This document shows positions 24,701-32,434 of a stretch of DNA of 36,386 nucleotides, piece by piece. Position 1 is the stretch's first letter, and each line of letters begins with the position of its first letter. A model generated the notes under the pieces. The model saw only the letters and a list, made by a program, of their open reading frames with translations, made no database searches and was not told the DNA's origin. This DNA is from a virus (lineage: Duplodnaviria; Caudoviricetes), in the IMG/VR virus record IMGVR_UViG_3300020042_006311, positions 1-36,386 of that record; one strand, 5' to 3'. Both the position numbers and the translations under genes were made by a program.

Positions 24701-25143
24701 TTGCTAGAAACGGTCTTAGGCCGTGATCCAAACCACCATGTGAGCGCAGTTGCAGCGGTAAATACGAGGTCGGACACCAGGGCGGCACGGCTCACGGGGT
24801 CCAGATTACCACCAAACGCGAGCAGCGAAATGACAATCGCGAGCCCCCAGGTTAGGGCTGGTCGGGTAAACCGGCGGAACGAATCAACCACCACGGCAAG
24901 ATTTGCCGCCCAAGGAGCAGCCTGCTCCGGTATACCAACTGAATCCTCGTTGGCCGACTGCTGCGACGCTGTAAAAGCCTTAATCTCCTCCTCCTTAATC
25001 TTTAGCTCGGCAAGAGCCTTGGCCTTTAGAATGTCAACCTCTGCGTTCTTGCGATGGGTATATGACTCAATCCACTTATCGCCATAACCCAAAACCTTAC
25101 CCAAAAGGGTGCCGCCCAGAGCGGATGACAGGAAGCTAATCAT
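24697..25143 (-). CDS. Holin-like protein (3TM/GTA-holin-like)
   Basis: RRFTRPALT...WWFGSR motif and transmembrane segments. Confidence 0.7.
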   Translation of the reverse strand: MISFLSSALGGTLLGKVLGYGDKWIESYTHRKNAEVDILKAKALAELKIKEEEIKAFTASQQSANEDSVGIPEQAAPWAANLAVVVDSFRRFTRPALTWGLAIVISLLAFGGNLDPVSRAALVSDLVFTAATALTWWFGSRPKTVSSK

Positions 25144-25159
25144 TTCCTACTTTACCACA

Positions 25160-25690
25160 TTAAAACAAATGCGTTTGCAAATAGCGGATGCAAAAATAGG
25201 GGAACCAAATGATCCACGGAATTTGTTTAATCTTCACGTTGCTCCCAATTGCGTCCGGCTTGTCGGCGTTCCAGCAAGTGACGCGAATGGGTGAACCATC
25301 GGTGGACACGCACGCCTTAATCAGACCGTTGCGGGTTGGCTTGCGCCCCGGCGTCCAGTAGTTATCAAACTGGCCTAGCTCAATGTCCGTCTGCTTGCCG
25401 CGCCCAATGGTGCATCCAATCATCTGCCAGCCGTCAATGGAACCCTTAATGGTAACGGAAGAGACGCCAGCACCATTCAGGAGGTCGCACCCCTTGAACT
25501 TGTAGTTCTCGCCCCGCACCGCATCAATGCAGTTCTCGGACCCAGCAGCTACATCCAGTCCCTCAACGAGAACATTGATGCAATTGGAGAACTTGAGGAT
25601 GTCGTCGAAGTCCTGCGGATTAGGCGGGTTGACGAAGTCCGACGTGTTGGGGTTGTCCCCGTAGTAGGATCGCCAGTTGGTGTCGGACAC
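25160..25690 (-). CDS. Hypothetical protein, possibly a short right-handed beta-helix
   Basis: Repeating patterns such as CINVLVEG, ENCIDAV and VTIKG; GTG start. Confidence 0.55.
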   Translation of the reverse strand: MSDTNWRSYYGDNPNTSDFVNPPNPQDFDDILKFSNCINVLVEGLDVAAGSENCIDAVRGENYKFKGCDLLNGAGVSSVTIKGSIDGWQMIGCTIGRGKQTDIELGQFDNYWTPGRKPTRNGLIKACVSTDGSPIRVTCWNADKPDAIGSNVKIKQIPWIIWFPYFCIRYLQTHLF

Positions 25691-25694
25691 GGGA

Positions 25695-27659
25695 TCAGTA
25701 TTCGGCGGAGGCGACGTAGTGAAATCCGTATCCTCGATTTGCCGTCAGGGTGTTTCCAGCAATGTAAGAAATTCCTTGATTATTCGAAGTCGAGCCTCCG
25801 TTAGGGAATCCGGTCACATCGGTCCCGGTAGTCATGTCGCGCACGGAGCCTGCCGTTCGGTTCGCGCCGCTATAGACCGTCAGGGTTGGGTTGCTCCTTA
25901 GGCTGACCGGAAACCTAATTGGCACGAACAAATCTCCATTTGCGGCGGTTGAAAAGCCTACGATGCCACCAACACCACTTGCGTTTAGTGTGGCGAAATC
26001 GGTCACGATCTTCCCCGTTTCAATGCTGGTAGCATAGTACCGCTGGCACAGAGCAAGCTCCTGCCCAAACGGCCTGCGCTCAAACTCGGTCGCGGCGTTG
26101 CCAACTTCTAGCTGGATGCCGGTGACGTACCACGTTGCGCTGAGGGTTGTCATCAACTGAGTTTGATTGGAAGATCCAGAAACATTTCCGGTGCTCCAAG
26201 AGCCAGCCGCCTGCTGAAACGTAGTCCCAACACTTAGTCCAAACCGAAGAATAATCCCTCGCGTGTTGTTGGTCATCCAAGTCCCAGATGTGTCGCCGGG
26301 AACTGAAATTGTTTTGTACTCCCAAGTATTTGCTACGTCGATCGTGTACTCGGAAACGTAAGACCGATTAGGAACCCCGGTTCCACTAGACGAAGAGTTT
26401 CCGACCACAACGCAATAGGTTCCGGTTACGCTGCCGCGCACCCAAAACGAAATGGTCACGGTTTTTGCCGAGGCTGTCCCAAAACCCAGATCGGGAACGT
26501 TGTTGCCCTCGATAATAGTTTCAATATTTAGCAAATCACCAGCGGCGACGGTCGCATCAGCCGTCGTTACCGTAACGCCTACGCTATGCGTAAATCCTGC
26601 TGGGACGACGCTTGTGCTGCGCTGCAATGAAAACGCTCCGGAGCTAACGATTGAGCCTTGAAACCTATCCACGGGAAAAGCCGCAGAAGCGGTTACCGCC
26701 GCTCCCTCGTTCCGCTGGTCGATCCTCATATCACCATTGATGATCCGATTGCGGAAACCCAGACCCCCGATCGCTCTTGGCGCAGAGTTCGTGAACGTGG
26801 ACGCGCCAGAGGCCGAGAGCGTTGTCGCAGCCACAGTGCTCGGGGTCGTTGCTCCCACTGTCCCATTGATATTAATCGAGGCGGTGCCAGTAAGGTTCGT
26901 CACTGTGCCGCTAGACGGTGTACCCAGCGCACCGCCATTCGTGACGACTGCACCAGACGAGCCGACGTTGACGGCAAGCGCGGTAGCGACATTCGTTCCA
27001 AGGCCAGAAACGCCCGTGCTGATCGGCAGGCCCGTGCAGCTTGTGAGTGTGCCGCTCGACGGCGTGCCGAGAGCACCTCCGCTCACAAGTAGCGTGGAGC
27101 TTGTAGGAATCGTCGTGCCGTTGATGAGTCCCGATGTAGTGATGTCTCCGGTCGTGTCTGCAATCGTGACCGCCGAATTCTGTACCAGCTTCCCGGTCGT
27201 GCCATCAAAGCGCACAATTGCGTTGTCGGTCGATGACGCAGGACCGACCACATCGCCGCCAAGCGATGGCGCGGAGTTGGTCACTGTGAAGCTGGGATAG
27301 CTGCCGCTGATACTAATGCCCGTGCCTGCCGCAATGGCCACAGTCTGGTCCGGTGCCGTGTTCGTGACCGTAATGCTGCCAGACGACGTGATCGGCCCAC
27401 CGCTTACGCTTACACCAGTACCAGCGGTCAAATTCACGCTCGTAACCGTTCCTGCGCCATTGGTTGTCCACTCAACATCCGTGGCTCCCGAGTTGACGGT
27501 AAGCACCTTGCCGACGTTTGCCGTGTAATCGGGAAGCAGGTTGTCTCGCGCCCCAGCCGCATCTGTAGCACCCGTGCCACCATTAACAATTTGAAGGGTG
27601 CCAGTAATCGCGTTAAGCGAATCAGGCGTGTCCAGCAGCAGGGTTTTAAAGACGTCCAT
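25695..27659 (-). CDS. Tail fibre/receptor-binding protein
   Basis: NGGTGAT...ARDNL, GTVTSV, two GGALGTPSSGT repeats and a C-terminal FRNRIINGDM...ELALCQRYY module. Confidence 0.85.
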   Translation of the reverse strand: MDVFKTLLLDTPDSLNAITGTLQIVNGGTGATDAAGARDNLLPDYTANVGKVLTVNSGATDVEWTTNGAGTVTSVNLTAGTGVSVSGGPITSSGSITVTNTAPDQTVAIAAGTGISISGSYPSFTVTNSAPSLGGDVVGPASSTDNAIVRFDGTTGKLVQNSAVTIADTTGDITTSGLINGTTIPTSSTLLVSGGALGTPSSGTLTSCTGLPISTGVSGLGTNVATALAVNVGSSGAVVTNGGALGTPSSGTVTNLTGTASININGTVGATTPSTVAATTLSASGASTFTNSAPRAIGGLGFRNRIINGDMRIDQRNEGAAVTASAAFPVDRFQGSIVSSGAFSLQRSTSVVPAGFTHSVGVTVTTADATVAAGDLLNIETIIEGNNVPDLGFGTASAKTVTISFWVRGSVTGTYCVVVGNSSSSGTGVPNRSYVSEYTIDVANTWEYKTISVPGDTSGTWMTNNTRGIILRFGLSVGTTFQQAAGSWSTGNVSGSSNQTQLMTTLSATWYVTGIQLEVGNAATEFERRPFGQELALCQRYYATSIETGKIVTDFATLNASGVGGIVGFSTAANGDLFVPIRFPVSLRSNPTLTVYSGANRTAGSVRDMTTGTDVTGFPNGGSTSNNQGISYIAGNTLTANRGYGFHYVASAEY

Positions 27660-27660
27660 T

Positions 27661-27987
27661 TTACAGGTAGTTAAGCTCTTGTGCCTCAATCACGGCATCG
27701 GTTGATGCCTCACGAATAGCCTTTGCTGTTGTAACCATTTGCCGCGTCCAATACGCTGAACTTCCAGAAGGCATACGGAAACCAATGCTTGCCGTAGGCG
27801 TTGTAGCTCCGTCAAAGGTAACACGAAGATCTGCATCACCAACCTGAACAAGAACATGGGTTGTGCCGCTATTTAGCGTCCAATTAAGCACGTTCTCCGC
27901 AGTGGACCCAATGGTATTCTGCTTATGGGTAGTGCCGTTCTGAGCAATGGCCTGAGATGGTGTGTTTACAATGCGTGCGTTAGCCAT
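27661..27987 (-). CDS. Small virion protein, paralogue B
   Basis: Shares VTFDGxTxPTASxG with its neighbour. Confidence 0.7.
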   Translation of the reverse strand: MANARIVNTPSQAIAQNGTTHKQNTIGSTAENVLNWTLNSGTTHVLVQVGDADLRVTFDGATTPTASIGFRMPSGSSAYWTRQMVTTAKAIREASTDAVIEAQELNYL

Positions 27988-27992
27988 GTTTG

Positions 27993-28307
27993 TTAGACGG
28001 TAAAGGGTGAAGCCTGAACAGTCGCATCCGTGCTTGCGGACCGGATCATCTTAGCAGAATCAGCCCGACGAGCAGACCAGAAATCCATGTAGCCGCTCTT
28101 AAACAGATGCCCGTTACTGGCCGTTGGGGTAGAGCCATCAAACGTAACCATAATGTCGGCACCCTGCACATCAACAAAAACAAACTTCGTGTTCTCGTTG
28201 TAAAACGTGGACGCAAAGCTCACGGCAGCAGTTGACACCGTAAGCCGCTGGTCGGTCTCCCCCGGCGTTGGGACTGGGTAAAGATTAACTGAAAATGTAT
28301 TAGCCAT
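27993..28307 (-). CDS. Small virion protein, paralogue A
   Basis: VTFDGSTPTASNG motif. Confidence 0.7.
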   Translation of the reverse strand: MANTFSVNLYPVPTPGETDQRLTVSTAAVSFASTFYNENTKFVFVDVQGADIMVTFDGSTPTASNGHLFKSGYMDFWSARRADSAKMIRSASTDATVQASPFTV

Positions 28308-28310
28308 AAA

Positions 28311-29168
28311 TTAACGGGACTGACGTGAAATGTATGTTGAGATGCGCCGGTAAAGCGTGTTGTTGTTCCTCTGTGTCTCTGCCTTATCCAATTCTATCAC
28401 TAGGTATTGCTGGGCAACCTGCTCCTCCGCCATAGCCTTTTCAATCTGTCCATCCATACGAAGGAAATCAGCATAGGAAGCATGGGCAACATACGGGAAG
28501 AACTCGTCTGGGATGTCAGTAGAATTAACCGTAAATGGCCCACCATATGACTTAATGAAACCAACCCAGAAACCGTCAAGGCTACTATAGTTGTTAACAA
28601 CATGCGCCCCGTCTAAATCTACGTAGAACTCGTACTCATTAGCCGAAACCATGTTCAACGGGTTATTCGCCCAAATGCGGTTAAACGATTCGATGTCGGG
28701 GACGGCTACGGCAATAACCGTTCCGCTGCCCGTGTACGTCTCTGTACCCGTTCCCGTGGTCAGCTCATAGGTAAACGTATCGCCAGCAATCGTCGTGGTA
28801 TTGATCCCCGTAACCTGATAGGTGCCGTTAGGGCTAACCGTGCCAGAAAGCGACGCCACCGTAACGTACATCCCAGAAACAAAACCAACCGCCGTAGAGC
28901 ACACAACCGTAACCGTCGTACCGCTGCGCGTTGCGCTTGTAATTGACTTGCTAACCGGGGTAAACGTCGTAGCAATAACGCCATCTGTAGCCGGACGCGC
29001 TTGGGCACCCACAATGTAGCGAGGCCACACCTGACTAGATCCGTAAGCCTGCCGAATACGGCGGTTTACGAAGTTCAGGATGCTGGTCTGCTCGCTGCTC
29101 GTAAAGTTTGAGACGCCGCACAGCGACTTAATCAAGCTAAATAGGTCAGTGTAGGTTCTATTTGTCAC
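28311..29168 (-). CDS. Head-tail adaptor/tail tubular A-like protein with an inserted beta domain
   Basis: GTG start overlapping the upstream stop. Helical N- and C-termini (IPDEFFPYV) flank a Thr/Ser/Gly-rich insert. Confidence 0.65.
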   Translation of the reverse strand: MTNRTYTDLFSLIKSLCGVSNFTSSEQTSILNFVNRRIRQAYGSSQVWPRYIVGAQARPATDGVIATTFTPVSKSITSATRSGTTVTVVCSTAVGFVSGMYVTVASLSGTVSPNGTYQVTGINTTTIAGDTFTYELTTGTGTETYTGSGTVIAVAVPDIESFNRIWANNPLNMVSANEYEFYVDLDGAHVVNNYSSLDGFWVGFIKSYGGPFTVNSTDIPDEFFPYVAHASYADFLRMDGQIEKAMAEEQVAQQYLVIELDKAETQRNNNTLYRRISTYISRQSR

Positions 29169-29473
29169 AGTTTGTTGGGCGAAAGGTGGGGGAACTTCTT
29201 CTGGAAATACTGCATAAACCCGCGGGAATGGAGTTCCTTGTGGCCGTACTTCTGCTGCATGCGGAAAAACTCCCACTCAGGGATAACGCCAATGCAACGA
29301 CCAAGACCGGGCAAATCCTTCTTCTGGACCCGCGTTTGGGCCTGTTCTGCCGCCTGAATCTCCTTGGCACGCTCCATCTCCTTCTTGAGCTGCATACCGG
29401 TCTGAATCTCGTGGATCAGGGCATCGTGAATCTGCCCGTCGTGGTACTTGGGAAACGATGTAATTAACTCCAT
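29165..29473 (-). CDS. Conserved hypothetical protein downstream of the capsid genes
   Basis: ORF tiling; IGVIP...F..YF....P pattern. Confidence 0.7.
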   Translation of the reverse strand: MELITSFPKYHDGQIHDALIHEIQTGMQLKKEMERAKEIQAAEQAQTRVQKKDLPGLGRCIGVIPEWEFFRMQQKYGHKELHSRGFMQYFQKKFPHLSPNKL

Positions 29474-29505
29474 AAAAAAGGGGACCACCCGTGAAGGTGG
29501 CCCCC
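29474..29505 (-). terminator. Rho-independent terminator after the capsid/decoration genes
   Basis: Minus strand reads GGGGGCCACC-TTCACG-GGTGGTCCCC-TTTTTT. Confidence 0.85.
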
Positions 29506-29527
29506 ATTATAGCAGACTCCTGACTCC

Positions 29528-29980
29528 TTAGACGCGGGAGAAGTCGATCACCTGAAGGGCGATCACAACCTCGCCAGCGGTGATGGACGTAATCGCCGCA
29601 TCATTAACCTCAATGACAACATTTGTCGCTGTGGCAACCATCTTGACTGGCAGAACGCCACCCTTGATGGTTGTATTGCCAGCGGCCTGAACAAACGCAT
29701 CGCCAGTGTTGGCAACAGGGTCGGTCATGGCGTCAACGTCCAGAGCATCAATAAACTCGTCCGGGTCGGCCAGGGTTGTGCCAACGTCGATCACGAGAGA
29801 AGTCGAGCCAGCAATGGCTGTCTTCTCCCAGACTACGCAGGACAGAACACCGGAACCGGCAGGGAGCTTGAACAGGTTCTTCTGACCACCGTTACCGATG
29901 GCAATCAGATCCGTGAAGGATAACTTAGCAACATAGTTGATAAGCGTACCAGCGGCTTCATTAACTGTTAATTGTGGCAT
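29528..29980 (-). CDS. Putative capsid decoration/cement protein
   Basis: Follows the MCP and precedes the terminator; beta-rich with LPAGS and IDVG...D.F motifs. Confidence 0.65.
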   Translation of the reverse strand: MPQLTVNEAAGTLINYVAKLSFTDLIAIGNGGQKNLFKLPAGSGVLSCVVWEKTAIAGSTSLVIDVGTTLADPDEFIDALDVDAMTDPVANTGDAFVQAAGNTTIKGGVLPVKMVATATNVVIEVNDAAITSITAGEVVIALQVIDFSRV

Positions 29981-29988
29981 TTGATTTA

Positions 29989-30972
29989 TTAGGCAATTGC
30001 TGTGATTTTGCCGTGGGCACCGGGATGGTTGACCAGCAGCGTGAGGGTTGTGTCAACGTAACCACGCTCGCCACCGCCGAGATTCGGCAGGCGGGTAGAA
30101 CCGAGGCCGATCAGCTCCGCCACACCGTAGTAGTCAGGGTTGACCAGATAGCCGCTGTCCTTGTTCGTGGTGTCTGGAGCGCAATCAGGGTTCATGTTGA
30201 CGATGCTGACCATACCGTGGTCAGACTCGTACATCTCGACCGCCAGCTTGATTGTCTTGCTTTCAGCCGACTGCGTGACCTGACGGTACACCGTGTTGGT
30301 GCTACCAGAGGTACGCGCATAGTCAGCAATGACCCGGCGGAGAGCCGTGTCAGCAACAAGCGTCAGGTTGTTGGTCGTGCCAGTCACGCGATAGATCGAC
30401 GTGATGAGGTCATTGAACGCGCTCTCGGTAAGGGCACCAGAGCTATGGATCGAGGCAGCGGGAGTGCGGTAGGCAGCCGGAACGTCCGACGGGCCAGCCG
30501 AATCAATCCAATCGCCAAGGCCACGCAGACCGTAAACGGTGCCGGCACCGTCTTCAGCCGTGCGGTCATTGGTCGAGCACAGCGTCGCTTCCACGTCACG
30601 CTTTATCTCGCGAACCGCCTTGGCCTCAGCCTGAGCGATTTTGGCGGGACCAACAGACTCCACGGCGTTCTGAAGATCAGAAACCATGAAGTCGCGGCGG
30701 AACTTCTGGATGTAATTGCCCAGACGAGCGCGACCGCTGAACTTGTCGGAGAAAGAGGTGACGTCGGCACCCTCCGCCACGCCGGTCGTAACCGGGGACG
30801 AGAGACTGTCAACTGTCCACTCAACGAATGTCGCGGTCGCCTTGCTCTTTGGAGCAGACGAAAGGACGGGAGTCTCCTCGGGGGCGAGGATTGTCAGGAT
30901 GTCCGTAAGGTCTTCACGGTTGGAGACACCAGAACCAGGATTGGTCGTGTCGAATGTATTTGAAAAAGCCAT
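29989..30972 (-). CDS. Major capsid protein (DUF5309/SU10-like, HK97 fold)
   Basis: NREDLTD, PEETP, EWTVD, EGAD, NYIQKF and EIKRDVE motifs. Confidence 0.9.
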   Translation of the reverse strand: MAFSNTFDTTNPGSGVSNREDLTDILTILAPEETPVLSSAPKSKATATFVEWTVDSLSSPVTTGVAEGADVTSFSDKFSGRARLGNYIQKFRRDFMVSDLQNAVESVGPAKIAQAEAKAVREIKRDVEATLCSTNDRTAEDGAGTVYGLRGLGDWIDSAGPSDVPAAYRTPAASIHSSGALTESAFNDLITSIYRVTGTTNNLTLVADTALRRVIADYARTSGSTNTVYRQVTQSAESKTIKLAVEMYESDHGMVSIVNMNPDCAPDTTNKDSGYLVNPDYYGVAELIGLGSTRLPNLGGGERGYVDTTLTLLVNHPGAHGKITAIA

Positions 30973-30984
30973 GTTATTTAATAA

Positions 30985-32133
30985 TCACTTGCGTTTAGAG
31001 TGCTGAAGGGCGCGGAGAGCAATGAAGTCCATTGCTGAACCCGATGAGCTAAACCGTTGCTGGATGTCTTTCACGGCCTTAGCGGCGCGTGGCTCAGGTT
31101 GCTCGCTCTGGGCAGAGCTGCTTCCCTGAAACGAAGGAGGATTAAGACGCGCAGCGGGCTTTGCATCGAGAATAGGCTTGCGCCCATAGATCGAGTTAGC
31201 TGCGTGGGCCACCATGTACTCCATGTATGGCTCCAGATCGGGAACGGACTTCATGGCCTGCTTGAGAAGAGGACTCTCCTTCAGGATTTCATACCGTTTC
31301 CGTACGTCGTTATCATCGCCTTGCATCCAGTTAAGCTCCGTCTTAATCGCTTCCGTAAACTGTTGTTTAACAGCAACGCGATTCTGGCGGGCATTAACCT
31401 CTGCTAGTTGAGCCGGGAGAAAGTCCTTGCGAGCCTTCTGAGAGTCTCGCATAACCTTACGCACCTGAGACTTAGTGTATTCCTGACCATTGATTGTGGT
31501 TACAATATCATCGGCACCGAGATGCTCGTTTTGCCAGAGGATATCTTCTGCCCATTCAATAGCTTCGTCTACTTCCTTAGCCTTAGATTGAAGTTTCTCC
31601 ACTGTATCAATATCACCAAAAGGATTGTTTTCAATCTTCTTGGTATCCAGTGGATCCTTCTGCGTTTCCCGCTTAACCATTTCTTCCTTCAGAGCACTAA
31701 GCTGTTCCTCGGCTTGCCTACGTTTTGCGGTAAGCTCACCGTATCGGGCTACTGCGCGGCTGCCCAGCTTTTCAGCCAGTTCGCGCAAATCCTGCTCTGA
31801 CATAGATTCTAGGTCGATTTCCTTATTTGACTTTGAAAGAACATCCGACTCCTCGGCAGGCTGTTGTTCGGACTCGGTTGCGCTCTCCGCCTTCGGTGCG
31901 TTCCTCGTCTCCTTCTCAGGGGTTTCCTGTGAAGGGGCTTCCTCAACTTCCTGCTTTGTTGCCGGTTGTGTAACCTTAGCGTTAATTACCTCGGAGCTAA
32001 TTTTAGGCTCTCCGACAATTCCCGCCTTGGCCGCTCTGCGTTGGTTTGCGTACATACCGAACGCGAGGTTATCTGACTTCTCCACTGCATTTTGGGCACC
32101 CGCAGCGTTGGGTGTTTGGACTTCATTAGACAT
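30985..32133 (-). CDS. Capsid scaffolding protein
   Basis: Acidic, coiled-coil-like, located between portal and MCP. Confidence 0.75.
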   Translation of the reverse strand: MSNEVQTPNAAGAQNAVEKSDNLAFGMYANQRRAAKAGIVGEPKISSEVINAKVTQPATKQEVEEAPSQETPEKETRNAPKAESATESEQQPAEESDVLSKSNKEIDLESMSEQDLRELAEKLGSRAVARYGELTAKRRQAEEQLSALKEEMVKRETQKDPLDTKKIENNPFGDIDTVEKLQSKAKEVDEAIEWAEDILWQNEHLGADDIVTTINGQEYTKSQVRKVMRDSQKARKDFLPAQLAEVNARQNRVAVKQQFTEAIKTELNWMQGDDNDVRKRYEILKESPLLKQAMKSVPDLEPYMEYMVAHAANSIYGRKPILDAKPAARLNPPSFQGSSSAQSEQPEPRAAKAVKDIQQRFSSSGSAMDFIALRALQHSKRK

Positions 32134-32173
32134 AGTTCGCGCCCTCTATTCGCCGGGGCGATTGCGATGGGAC

Positions 32174-32200
32174 ATTATAACGCACCTTTTTAGTGCGTTA
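32174..32200 (-). promoter_or_regulatory. Late promoter -10 (TATAAT) overlapped by the palindrome TAACGCAC-N7-GTGCGTTA
   Basis: Perfect 8-bp inverted repeat whose arm runs into TATAAT, upstream of the scaffold/MCP genes. Confidence 0.55.
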
Positions 32201-32209
32201 AAAAACAGC

Positions 32210-32431
32210 CTACTGTGTGCTTTGACGCTTCCTAAACAGGATGTCTTCTGCGTTGCACATCTTCAGGATTTGGTCGTATGCCAATATCTGCCCTGAGATT
32301 TGCTGCATCTTCTCAGTCGGGGCATTGAACAAAGCAGCAATACAGGCTTCGCGCTCCTCGCTAATTGATTGCAGGAAGTCCCCGAAGTGGGGAACGTGAG
32401 CGAGATACTCTAGCGATTTTTCCAATGACAT
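32210..32431 (-). CDS. Small conserved protein following the portal
   Basis: ORF tiling; helical QQISGQILAYD segment. Confidence 0.7.
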   Translation of the reverse strand: MSLEKSLEYLAHVPHFGDFLQSISEEREACIAALFNAPTEKMQQISGQILAYDQILKMCNAEDILFRKRQSTQ

Positions 32432-32434
32432 AAT

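Noticed and set aside
25695-27659. Diversity-generating retroelement targeting the tail fibre
   Set aside because: No reverse transcriptase and no template/variable repeat pair seen.
29974-30963. 329-aa + strand ORF antisense to the major capsid gene (and similar shadows over portal, fibre and DnaC-like genes)
   Set aside because: These are antisense shadows expected from codon bias in GC-rich genes, with no recognisable motifs.
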